64,000 nt of DNA from an uncultured Verrucomicrobiae bacterium (GTDB lineage: Bacteria; Verrucomicrobiota; Verrucomicrobiia; Limisphaerales; Palsa-1400). Shown one piece after another: positions 1 to 8,544 of this stretch. The notes under the pieces were generated by a model. It was not told where the DNA came from and searched no databases. It was given only the letters and a program-made list of their open reading frames with translations. Position numbers and translations under genes: made by a program. Location of the stretch: contig CAVPOM010000009.1 in assembly GCA_963707025.1 (NCBI GenBank), positions 320,085-384,084 on the forward strand, given 5' to 3'. How positions within the stretch are numbered: position 1 is the stretch's first letter; each line of letters starts with the position of its first letter.

Positions 1-404
1 GCGCCTTGCAGGCCTGCCTGGGCGCCAGGCGCATCCTGGCCGGCGCGTTTTTAAATCTCGGGCCACTGGCGCGCTGGATCAAAAACCAGCCCCCGCCCAG
101 CCTTCTCCTGGTCGGCGCGGGCACTTTCGAGCAAGCCGCCTACGAAGACACCCTGGCCGCCGGCGCCCTGGCGGAACTGGTCTGGGACCAATTCCGCCGC
201 CCGGGCGATTCGGCCCACATCGCCCTGGAGATTTACCGCGCGGGCCGCCGCGATTTGGGCGCCGCCTGCCAGGAACATTCCAGCAACGCCCGCCATCTCC
301 TGGCCCAGCCGGATTTGCGCGACGATGTTGCTTTTGCCTTGCAACGCGACACCGTGCCTTTCGCCGCCGAATTAAAAAACGGCGCGGTGGTGAAGATGCA
401 ATAA
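1..404 (+). CDS. 3' part of a ComB-like (2-phosphosulfolactate phosphatase family) protein; the 5' end lies outside the window
   Basis: The frame is open from the window edge to TAA at 402-404. The segment LLLVGAGTFEQAAYEDTLAAGALAELV resembles the conserved AG..ED..AGA core of the ComB family. Recognition is from memory only. Confidence 0.4.
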   Translation, partial: ALQACLGARRILAGAFLNLGPLARWIKNQPPPSLLLVGAGTFEQAAYEDTLAAGALAELVWDQFRRPGDSAHIALEIYRAGRRDLGAACQEHSSNARHLLAQPDLRDDVAFALQRDTVPFAAELKNGAVVKMQ

Positions 405-535
405 GGCCGGGCGCATCTTGACGCAACCACGCTTGGATGGATGGAACCCTGTACCCCAACCTCGCCGCTTCGTGGGATGAGCGAATTTCCCCTTTACACC
501 TTGCGCCACATTGAATAGTACGTCTGCGTGCCTTT

Positions 536-1822
536 TTGGCCGTGAAAACTATGACTCAACTCATCGGAAATCTTTTGGTCGCACAATCCGGCGGGCCCAC
601 CGCCGTGATCAACGCCAGCATCGCCGGCGTCGTTCAGGAAGCCCGTCAACATGACACCATCCGCGGCATTTACGGAGGACTCAACGGCATCCTCGGCATA
701 CTCAAGGAGGAACTGACTGATTTGAGGCGCGAAAAAGCTTCCACCATCAAGGCCCTCAAACACACTCCCGGCGCGGCCCTGGGCACCTGCCGCTATAAAA
801 TTGACTTCAAAAAGAGGCCCGAAAAAGCCGCCCTGGACATGGAGCGCCTTTTCCAGGTCTTCCAGGCGCACGACATCCGGTTCTTTCTTTACGCGGGAGG
901 AAACGATTCGCAGGACACCGCCCACAAAATCCATCTCGAAGCGGTCAAACGCGGCTACGAAATGCGCATCATCGGCGTGCCCAAAACCATAGATAACGAT
1001 TTGCCCCACACCGACCATTGCCCCGGTTTTGGTTCCGTCGCCAAATACAACGCCTGCACCGTCATGGAAGTGGCCATTGACATTGGCAGCATGGCGACCG
1101 ACGACGGCGCCTGCGGCGTCATTGAAGTGATGGGCCGCAGCGCCGGCTGGATCGCCGCCAGTGCCATCCTGGCCCGGCGCCAGCCCGGCGACGCTCCGCA
1201 CCTCATTTTGCTGCCGGAGGTTCCTTTCCAAGAGCAAGCCTTCCTGGACAAGGTCAAGGCCACGGTGGACGCGTTGCACTACTGTGTGGTGGTGGTGGGC
1301 GAAGGATTGAAAAATCCCGACGGCACGGAGTTCAGCGCCGACGCCTCGCGTTTGGATGCCTTCGGCCACCCGGTCCTGGCCGGCGCGGGCGAGCGCGTGG
1401 CCGAAGTGGTGCAACGCAAGCTCCACACCAAAACCCGCTCTGTCAAACTCGGTTATGCCCAGCGTTGCGCCGCCCATTACGCCAGCGCCACCGATGCCGC
1501 CGAGGCCTTGGCTTGCGGCGTGGCCGCCGTCCGCGCGGCCGTCGAGGGCCAGAGCGGGCAGATGGTCAAAATCGTGCGCACCCAGACCAGTCCTTACATG
1601 TGGACCACCGGTCTGCAACCGCTCGAAGACATTGCCAACGTCGAACATGTCCTGCCGCGCGACTGGATCAGCGAGGACGGATTTTCCCCCAACGAAAAGT
1701 TCGTGGCATACGCCCGTCCCCTCATCGAAGGCGAAGTCAAGGTGCCGGCCGAAGGGGGCCTGCCCAAGTTTGCCGTGCTGGCAAAGCACCGGCTCCCCCG
1801 CAAACTCCCTCCGCGGGCGTAG
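536..1822 (+). CDS. 6-phosphofructokinase family enzyme (PfkA/Pfp type; ATP versus PPi dependence not resolved)
   Basis: 428-aa ORF with the motifs GGPTAVINAS, AGGNDSQDT, PKTIDNDL and MGRSAGWIA, which are typical of the PFK family. Confidence 0.9.
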   Translation: MAVKTMTQLIGNLLVAQSGGPTAVINASIAGVVQEARQHDTIRGIYGGLNGILGILKEELTDLRREKASTIKALKHTPGAALGTCRYKIDFKKRPEKAALDMERLFQVFQAHDIRFFLYAGGNDSQDTAHKIHLEAVKRGYEMRIIGVPKTIDNDLPHTDHCPGFGSVAKYNACTVMEVAIDIGSMATDDGACGVIEVMGRSAGWIAASAILARRQPGDAPHLILLPEVPFQEQAFLDKVKATVDALHYCVVVVGEGLKNPDGTEFSADASRLDAFGHPVLAGAGERVAEVVQRKLHTKTRSVKLGYAQRCAAHYASATDAAEALACGVAAVRAAVEGQSGQMVKIVRTQTSPYMWTTGLQPLEDIANVEHVLPRDWISEDGFSPNEKFVAYARPLIEGEVKVPAEGGLPKFAVLAKHRLPRKLPPRA

Positions 1823-1842
1823 GGAAACGACCGGCCACGGCA

Positions 1843-1911
1843 GGGCGAGACTCTGTTCGAGCCCTGACTCGATTTCGGAAAACATAGTTACGGCTCGACG
1901 GAGTCTCGCCC
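1843..1911. repeat. Long imperfect palindrome (stem-loop) in the pfk/RHH intergenic region
   Basis: GGGCGAGACTCtgTTCGAGCC (1843-1863) pairs with GGCTCGAcgGAGTCTCGCCC (1892-1911) around a 28-nt loop. There is no T-run, so it is REP-like rather than a canonical terminator. Confidence 0.5.
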
Positions 1912-1992
1912 GACCGATTTGAAATTAAGTCGCCTTGGACTCGGAAAAGAGGAGTTGGAACGAAGGCTCCGTGGCTGTGGTACTATCGGTGT

Positions 1993-2217
1993 ATGACAGA
2001 AATACTCACGATCCGGCTTGATCGCGCGGAGAAAAGGGCCGTGCAAAAGCTCGCTGGAAAATCAGGGGCCAGCCGGTGGGTCAGAAGGTTGATCCAGGCG
2101 CAACTCAACTTGCCTCCCCCCGGTTTTGTGGCCCGTCACGAGCAATGGCTGGCCACCCAGAACAAGGTCGTGGACGACGAGACGGTCCTTGATTGGTTCC
2201 GAAGAAACCGGCGATGA
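1993..2217 (+). CDS. Ribbon-helix-helix (CopG/VapB-like) antitoxin-type protein
   Basis: 74-aa ORF. The N-terminus ILTIRLDRAEKRAVQKLA fits the RHH beta-strand/helix pattern. Its stop overlaps the next ATG in an ATGA, as in TA pairs. Confidence 0.6.
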   Translation: MTEILTIRLDRAEKRAVQKLAGKSGASRWVRRLIQAQLNLPPPGFVARHEQWLATQNKVVDDETVLDWFRRNRR

Positions 2218-2252
2218 AACCGTTCGCCGACACCAATTGGCTGGCCTTCTAA
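2214..2252 (+). pseudogene. 12-codon stub of a PIN/VapC-type toxin gene
   Basis: MKPFADTNWLAF followed by a stop. The M..F.DTN.L start is typical of PIN toxins, and it is ATGA-coupled to the RHH gene. No continuation was found downstream. Confidence 0.3.
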
Positions 2253-2558
2253 GTGAGCGCCCAAAAATAACTTCTAGACAGGGGGCGTAATTCAAACAAT
2301 TTCAAAAAGAAGGCAACGTCAGAAAAATGGGGGCAGAAAAATGAAAATTCCCCGCTTCGTTCCAAACGGGGGCGGGGTGTATTATCTTTCTGCCCGGATA
2401 TTTCTGACATCCTCTTCGAGAAGAATCGGGAACAGTCTTTGCGCGAACCCTAAGAAGACAGAACCCGCCTCGCTGCGCTGCGTTGACGCTCATTTCACGT
2501 TTAACCTTGAATTTCCCTCCCTCCCGCCGCTTACTGGCGCAAAATTTTTTGCGACCCG

Positions 2559-4359
2559 ATGAACCACGAGCTCCTGGCCAAAGCCAAATCGCTCGGATTT
2601 TCCGACCGGCAGATCGCCCATTTGACCGGCCAGACCGAGGACGCAGTCCGCGCCTTGCGCAAGAAACTCGGCCTGGTGCCCAGCTACCGGCTGGTGGACA
2701 CCTGCGCCGCCGAGTTCGAGGCCTACACGCCTTATTATTATTCCACCTACGACCGCGGCGACGACGAGGTCAAACCCAGCGCCGAAACGAAAGGTGATGA
2801 TCCTCGGCGGCGGCCCGAACCGCATCGGCCAGGGCATCGAGTTCGATTACTGCTGCGTCCACGCCGCCTTCGCGCTCAAGGAGGACGGCTTCGAAACCAT
2901 CATGGTCAATTCCAACCCGGAAACCGTCTCCACCGATTACGACACCAGCGACAAGCTGTTCTTCGAGCCGCTCACGCTGGAGGACGTGCTGCACATTTAC
3001 GAGCGCGAAAAATGCTGGGGCGCCATCGCCCAGTTCGGCGGCCAGACGCCGCTCGAACCTGGCGCTCGGCCTGCAGAAGAAACGGCGTCAACATCATCGG
3101 CACCTCGCCGCAAAGCATCGAGATCGCCGAGGACCGCAAGCTCTTCGCCGCCATGCTGCGACAAGCTGAACATTCCCCAGCCGCCCAACGGCCTGGCCAC
3201 CAACGAGGCCGAAGCGCTCGCAGGCCGCCAAGAAACTGGGCTACCCGGTGCTCGTCCGCCCGTCCTTCGTGCTCGGCGGGCGCGCGATGCAGATCGTTTA
3301 TTCCGACGCCGAGCTGCAGCATTACATGCGTTTCGCCGTGGAAGCCTCGCCCGGAACGCCCGGTGCTGGTGGACAAATTCCTGGAAGACGCCACCGAGGT
3401 GGACGTGGATTGCATCGCCGACGTCGGCCATTTCGACGATCCGAACGAGGGCACCATTGTCATCGGCGGCATTCTGGAGCACATCGAATTTGCCGGCGTC
3501 CATTCCGGCGACGCCGCGATGGTCCTGCCGCCGCACACGCTTTCCCAGAAAGTCATCGAGACCATCCGCGAATACACTCACGCCATGGCGCGCGAACTGA
3601 AGGTCATCGGCCTGATGAACGTGCAATACGCCGTGAAGGGCGACACGGTTTATGTGCTGGAAGTCAACCCGCGCGCCTCGCGCACCGTGCCGTTCGTCAG
3701 CAAGGCCATCGGCGTGCCGCTGGCCAAACTCGCCGCCAAAGTCATGGCCGGCAAAACGCTGAAGGAACTGGGTTTCACCAAGGAAATCTGGCCGAAGTAT
3801 TGGGCGGTCAAGGAATCCGTTTTCCCGTTCAACCGCTTTCACGGCCAGGACATCCTGCTCTCGCCGGAAATGCGCTCCACCGGCGAAGTCATGGGCCTGG
3901 ACGCCGATCTGGGCATCGCCTACGCCAAATCGCAGATGGCCGCCGGCGCCCCGCTGCCGTTGAGCGGACGGGTTTTCATCAGCGTCAGCGACGCGCACAA
4001 AGAGCGACGTCGCCGCCGGTGGCCAGACAATTTGCCGACCTGGGATTTGAACTCGTCGCCACCAGCGGCACGGCGGCGGTTTTGGAAAAGGCCGGCCTGA
4101 AGGTGCAGCGCGTCTTCAAACTGCTCGAAGGCCGGCCCAACGCGATTGACCTGCTGAAGAACCGCGAAATCCAGCTCGTCATCAACACCCCCACCGGCGC
4201 AGACCCCGCGCGCGGACGAAGTAAAAATCCGCACCACCGCCGTCTATACCGGCACGCCGCATCATGACCACGCTCAGCGGCGCCAAGGCCGCCGCCCTGG
4301 GCATCGCCGCGCTGAAGAAAAACGGCTACAGCGTCAAGACCCTGCAGGAATATCATTGA
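2559..4359 (+). pseudogene. carB: Carbamoyl-phosphate synthase large subunit: only the C-terminal ~600 residues, interrupted by about nine frameshifts
   Basis: CarB-specific blocks are spread over all three forward frames: [118 protein letters not shown] and the MGS-like tail VATSGTA. Frame changes are near 2790, 3057, 3080, 3160, 3228, 3350, 4003, 4208 and 4258. No N-terminal half is present upstream in any frame. Confidence 0.85.
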
Positions 4360-4411
4360 GCACTGCTTTTCCCCACGGCTTGCAATCCATGACCCTTGTT
4401 GGGAGTGATGG

Positions 4412-7400
4412 TTAGTTTTCCTGCGGCGCCTTCGGCTTCGCCTTGCTCCATTCGTAAAGTTTCACCGCCAGCACCAGGTTGGTGCTCCCGTCGGCGCGGT
4501 ATTTCTTTTCCGGGCGCAACTGCCCGTCCCCAAAGCCAAGGGTGTAATTCGCATCGCTCAGGGTGGTGAACTCGAAACGCCCATTGCCATCTGTCCGAGT
4601 CTGGAGCTGCGGCAGCCTGTTGAGGTGGTCGAAATCCGCTGCAAACACCAGGACGTTGGGGAGGGCGTAGCCGGTGCCCGCCTCCACCACGCGCCCCGCC
4701 AGCGTCCGCCCGCGTTTGAGCCGGATTGTCTGCGGCTGGGAACCGAAGTCCGGCTTAATCCTCTCGGCCATCAACCCCGGCGCCTTTACTTGCAGCGCAT
4801 ACTCGCCCACTGCCGGCGTCATGTCTTCAATGTGAAACCGCCCCTCCTGATCGGTGAAAACGGACTTCAATCCGAAACTGCCAGCCTTGGGCAATTCAAA
4901 CGAAACTCCCAACTCGGCATCCGCCAGAGGCTTTCCATCAGGGTCCAGCACCACGCCATCAAAAGTTTTTGCGGGCGGAAATTGCAACTCGAGGTCGGCG
5001 TCCGGGTTGGCTTCGGTAAGTTTGACCGGCACGCTAAGACAGAACGCATTCCCGCGCCAGCCGTGGACCTGATACGTCCCGCCGAGCGGCAGCGGGCCGG
5101 AAACCCACTTTCGCGGCAGGTCCCCGGAAAAGACATCGCTGCCACCGCCCAGCAAAGTGGCTTCACTCACGCCAGGCGCGCGTTGCAATTCGCTCACCCC
5201 AAACCCCAAACCGGCCGCCGGCGTGCCATTGTCATTGCGCGCTTTGGCATAAATCGCCCCGGCCGGAACCAGCGGAATCTCCACCACCTGCGGTCCGGGG
5301 CCGTTGGTCACTTCGATGGACAACAGACTGCCGTTTTTGCCGAAGCGGTCGAACCAGTAGCCCACCATGCGTTTGGCTTCGATGGAGGTTCCCCCGCCGA
5401 TCTCGATTTCCGTCCGCACCTCGCCGTTGGTAATTTCCATCTCCACCGCGCGAGCGGTGTTGTGGCTTCTCTCCAATTTGTCCTGGATCGTCACCGAAAC
5501 CGTCCCGCGCGGCGGCACGCCGGAGGGATGCTTGAATCGGAAAACCACCTCGCGTTTCGGCACATTGTTCTCCTCTTTCTTGCGTGGCCGGGTCAAATCC
5601 ACCACCCAATCCTCGACGGGGGCAGTTACCTCGCGTTGTTCCTCATAACCTCCGCCGCTCAATGTCACCGGCCCCGCGACGGCATTGGTGAATTGAAAGC
5701 GCGCCACGCCATCGGTGACGCGCACCGGCACCCATTCGGATTCTCCCCAACTCCCGTTCTCAATTACTTCGGAATAAGTCCTGTAAAGCGCAGGGTAGCC
5801 ATCATTCCATTCCAGGCCGCCGAGGTTGCCGATGACGCGTCCGCGCACGATGAGTTCCGGGCCGAGCTTGACCAGCACGTCCTTCGCGCCGGGTACCGCC
5901 TCCAGCAGCACTGATTCGTGCCCCGGCGCGCTGACCCCGAGCCAGAATTTTGTGTCGCGCCGGAGCTGGTTGACCGTAAAGCGGCCGTCCGCATCCGTCC
6001 GCGCCAGCAGACGCAGCGGATCGGTCCATTGGTAATGCGCCTCCGCCGGGAAGGCCTCGTGGATTACCCGCAAGGTCGCGCCGGGAAGGCCTTCGCCCGT
6101 GGCTTCGTCCACAACCCTGCCGGCAATGATTTTGCCCGGTTGCAATTTCACTTTCAGCGCCTGCCCCGCGCTCAGCCGCTCGAAACGCTGGTCAATAAAC
6201 TCGTAGCCCGGCGCATTCACCGTGACAATCAACGGCTGGTCAAGGCACAGCGGCAGCGTCACACCCCCGGCGGCGTCAGGTCTGACATCGCGCGAACCCT
6301 GCAAGTATTGCCCGCCCGTACGCATGACAAATTGCGTGTGCAAGGCGGCATTGGTCACCGCCGCGCCGGAATCCGCGTCGCTGACTTGGAGGGAAACTTC
6401 AAACCCGCGATTCAAAGACAATTCGCCGGCGTCCACACGATTGGTCGCCCGGCCTTCGAACGGACCGGCCAGCGCGGGCGCATAGCCTTCGGCATCCGCC
6501 TCGATGAGGATTTCGCCGCGCCCGACCCTATGATTGGTCACTCCGCCATCTTCCGCCACCCGGGCGCTGTACATGGCCATGGCCTTGGGATTGAGAGAGA
6601 GGATAAGGACATTCTTAATTCTCGGCAACGGCGAGCCGTCCGCCGTACGCAGATGAACGGAGACAGAAACCCCTTCCTGATCCATCGGTGCGTTGCCTTG
6701 CGCCGCCGGTCTTTCGCCAAATTCGGTCATTTTCTTTTCAATGCGGGCGATGCGTTGCTGGGGCGAAAGTATCGCCGCGACCGCGGCGCGTGTGCCCAGC
6801 GCCGAGAGCACGAGCAGCCCGCCTCCCACGAACAGCGCCGCCAGCAGCGCGCACCAGGTCAGCCGCAGGGCCGGACGATACCCCGGCACCAACAGCCGTT
6901 GGATGCGATCCTTCAGCCCGGAGGGATTGCCCCGGTCGGCCAAGGCCGGCGCCGCGGCCAGCGCTGCCCCGGCCACCTGGGCGAGCGTCCGCGCGTACTG
7001 CAATCGTTCTCCCGCCAGCCCAATGGCCATCGCATCGCAGCACGCCTCGCGTTCCTGCCGGATCTGCCGGCTGATCCACCAGACGGCGGGATTGAAAAAC
7101 AAGAGCGACTCCGCCAGAAGCTGGCCCAAATTAACCAGATAATCGCCGCGCTGGATATGCGCCAGTTCGTGCAACAAAATCAGTTGCCACTGGCCCGGCG
7201 GCAGCGTCGTGACCATGGAAAGCGGCAAAATGAGAACCGGCGCCACCCAACCCATAACCGCCGGCGATGTCAATTGCCCTGTCACCACCACCCGGATGCG
7301 ACGGGCCAACCCCAGCTTCCCCCGCGCCTCCTCGATCAGTTTCAACACCGTCTCGTTCTCCAGCGGGCCGCACCTCCGGCGCAACGTCTCCGCCTCCACC

Positions 7401-7819
7401 ACCAACCAGCCGGCCCGCCCCAGCATGACCGCCGCCCCGCCCAGCCAGACCAAGGCAATCCAGGGAGTCCACCGCCCTTGTGGCGTCCTCTCCGCAGGCT
7501 CAGGCGCCAACGCCGCGGCAACATTAGGGGAGGACGCGACCACCCCTGCTGTCGGCGCCTTGACCGCAGCCGCAGATGTGGCACTGGACGATTGGCCAAT
7601 GGGCCGCCCCTGCAACACAGCCCAGGCAACCATTCCCCCCAGCACCACGGCCAGCAACGCGCCCACGCACCACCGGTAGCGCCTCCCCGGGTCGGTCTTC
7701 CCGCGCAAAACCCAATACAATCCCCCGGCGGCCAATCCCCCCAGCCACAACGTGTGCAGCAAGGCCTTGACCACACAAGCCCATTGCTCCGAGGCCAGCG
7801 ATTGCAGCAGCAGGTTCAT
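4412..7819 (-). CDS. BlaR1/MecR1-type M56 peptidase-domain membrane sensor with a very long C-terminal extension of CarboxypepD_reg-like beta-sandwich repeats
   Basis: Intact 1135-aa ORF. It has N-terminal TM helices, the HExxH motif in LLHELAHIQRGDY, and repeated GRVVDEATGEGLPGA / GRVVEAGTGYALPN / DGVVLDPDGKPLADA units. Its start overlaps the BlaI-like gene stop. Confidence 0.85.
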   Translation of the reverse strand: MNLLLQSLASEQWACVVKALLHTLWLGGLAAGGLYWVLRGKTDPGRRYRWCVGALLAVVLGGMVAWAVLQGRPIGQSSSATSAAAVKAPTAGVVASSPNVAAALAPEPAERTPQGRWTPWIALVWLGGAAVMLGRAGWLVVEAETLRRRCGPLENETVLKLIEEARGKLGLARRIRVVVTGQLTSPAVMGWVAPVLILPLSMVTTLPPGQWQLILLHELAHIQRGDYLVNLGQLLAESLLFFNPAVWWISRQIRQEREACCDAMAIGLAGERLQYARTLAQVAGAALAAAPALADRGNPSGLKDRIQRLLVPGYRPALRLTWCALLAALFVGGGLLVLSALGTRAAVAAILSPQQRIARIEKKMTEFGERPAAQGNAPMDQEGVSVSVHLRTADGSPLPRIKNVLILSLNPKAMAMYSARVAEDGGVTNHRVGRGEILIEADAEGYAPALAGPFEGRATNRVDAGELSLNRGFEVSLQVSDADSGAAVTNAALHTQFVMRTGGQYLQGSRDVRPDAAGGVTLPLCLDQPLIVTVNAPGYEFIDQRFERLSAGQALKVKLQPGKIIAGRVVDEATGEGLPGATLRVIHEAFPAEAHYQWTDPLRLLARTDADGRFTVNQLRRDTKFWLGVSAPGHESVLLEAVPGAKDVLVKLGPELIVRGRVIGNLGGLEWNDGYPALYRTYSEVIENGSWGESEWVPVRVTDGVARFQFTNAVAGPVTLSGGGYEEQREVTAPVEDWVVDLTRPRKKEENNVPKREVVFRFKHPSGVPPRGTVSVTIQDKLERSHNTARAVEMEITNGEVRTEIEIGGGTSIEAKRMVGYWFDRFGKNGSLLSIEVTNGPGPQVVEIPLVPAGAIYAKARNDNGTPAAGLGFGVSELQRAPGVSEATLLGGGSDVFSGDLPRKWVSGPLPLGGTYQVHGWRGNAFCLSVPVKLTEANPDADLELQFPPAKTFDGVVLDPDGKPLADAELGVSFELPKAGSFGLKSVFTDQEGRFHIEDMTPAVGEYALQVKAPGLMAERIKPDFGSQPQTIRLKRGRTLAGRVVEAGTGYALPNVLVFAADFDHLNRLPQLQTRTDGNGRFEFTTLSDANYTLGFGDGQLRPEKKYRADGSTNLVLAVKLYEWSKAKPKAPQEN

Positions 7820-8229
7820 TGTTTTCCTTTCCTGGGAGCGTCCGCCCCGCCTCCGCCCCTTTGTTCATGCCGGGCGATGATCTCCTTGATCTCCTCCAAT
7901 TCGCGGCCGCTGACCCGCTCTTCCGCCAGCAGATGTTGCAACGCCGTCGCCGCGCTGCCCCCGAAAACCTGCCGCACCAAGCCGCGCAACAACGGCCCCG
8001 CCACCTTCCGGCGCGAAACCCGCGCCTGATAAACGTGGACATTGCCCTCCGCCACATGCGAGACCAGCCCTTTCTTCTCCATCACCTGCATGACCGACAG
8101 GATCGTGGTGTAGGCGCGCGCCTTGCCGTCCGGCATAACCTCCAGCACCTCCCGCACCGTGGACGGGCCCCGCCCCCACAACACCGACAACACCTGCATT
8201 TCCAGCCGCGAAGGCTCGCGATTTTCCAT
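7816..8229 (-). CDS. BlaI/MecI/CopY family winged-helix repressor
   Basis: MENREPSRLEMQVLSVLWGRGPSTVREVLE...AYTTILSVMQVMEKKGLV is the family signature. The 3' end overlaps the M56 sensor start by 4 nt. The ORF is open up to 8292, but the 8229 start matches family N-termini and leaves the repeat-rich 8250-8290 region as the operator. Confidence 0.85.
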   Translation of the reverse strand: MENREPSRLEMQVLSVLWGRGPSTVREVLEVMPDGKARAYTTILSVMQVMEKKGLVSHVAEGNVHVYQARVSRRKVAGPLLRGLVRQVFGGSAATALQHLLAEERVSGRELEEIKEIIARHEQRGGGGADAPRKGKQ

Positions 8230-8250
8230 AAGTTTTTCAGGCTTTTTCTC

Positions 8251-8290
8251 TACTGTAATGCTAGTAGATACTACATCTCTAGTAGATGTC
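8251..8290. promoter_or_regulatory. Candidate BlaI-type operator
   Basis: CTAGTAGAT occurs twice (8261-8269 and 8279-8287). There is also an inverted repeat ACATCT-N5-AGATGT and a TACtGTA element, all directly upstream of the repressor start. Confidence 0.35.
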
Positions 8291-8544
8291 AAGGGCCATC
8301 TTTAAAAATTTTCGCCGGGCGGCCATGCGCCGGTCATGGGCTGGCCGGGAAAGTTGTTCCCTGGCCTCCAAATGCTTTGCGAAAGCGCCGTGGAATGATT
8401 TGACAGGGGAAAATGGGCCGCCTAAAGTCAGCGGCCAGGCACCTTGGCCGCCGGGCCAGACCTGCAGAACACACTACCATGAAGCCGCGTCTCCACCACC
8501 CCTTTCCCGGATTTCCGAATCGTAATTCTAATCCGAAACATCCC

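Noticed and set aside
494-1885. 463-aa minus-strand ORF antisense to the phosphofructokinase gene. Similar long shadow ORFs occur at 5918-8029(+), 8428-10047(-), 11179-12315(-), 12469-13797(-), 16286-17221(-), 23903-24913(+), 26453-27634(-), 41376-43016(+), 50707-51852(-), 55360-56349(-) and 57552-58487(-).
   Set aside because: Each lies opposite a gene with clear family motifs. Each has Arg/Gly/Pro/Ala-rich low-information translations typical of antisense frames in high-GC DNA, and none contains a recognisable motif.
2559-4359. A functional split carB (Aquifex/Methanocaldococcus type).
   Set aside because: The start falls inside the oligomerisation domain rather than between the two synthetase halves, and the frame is interrupted about nine times. 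This cannot be excluded without the rest of the genome.
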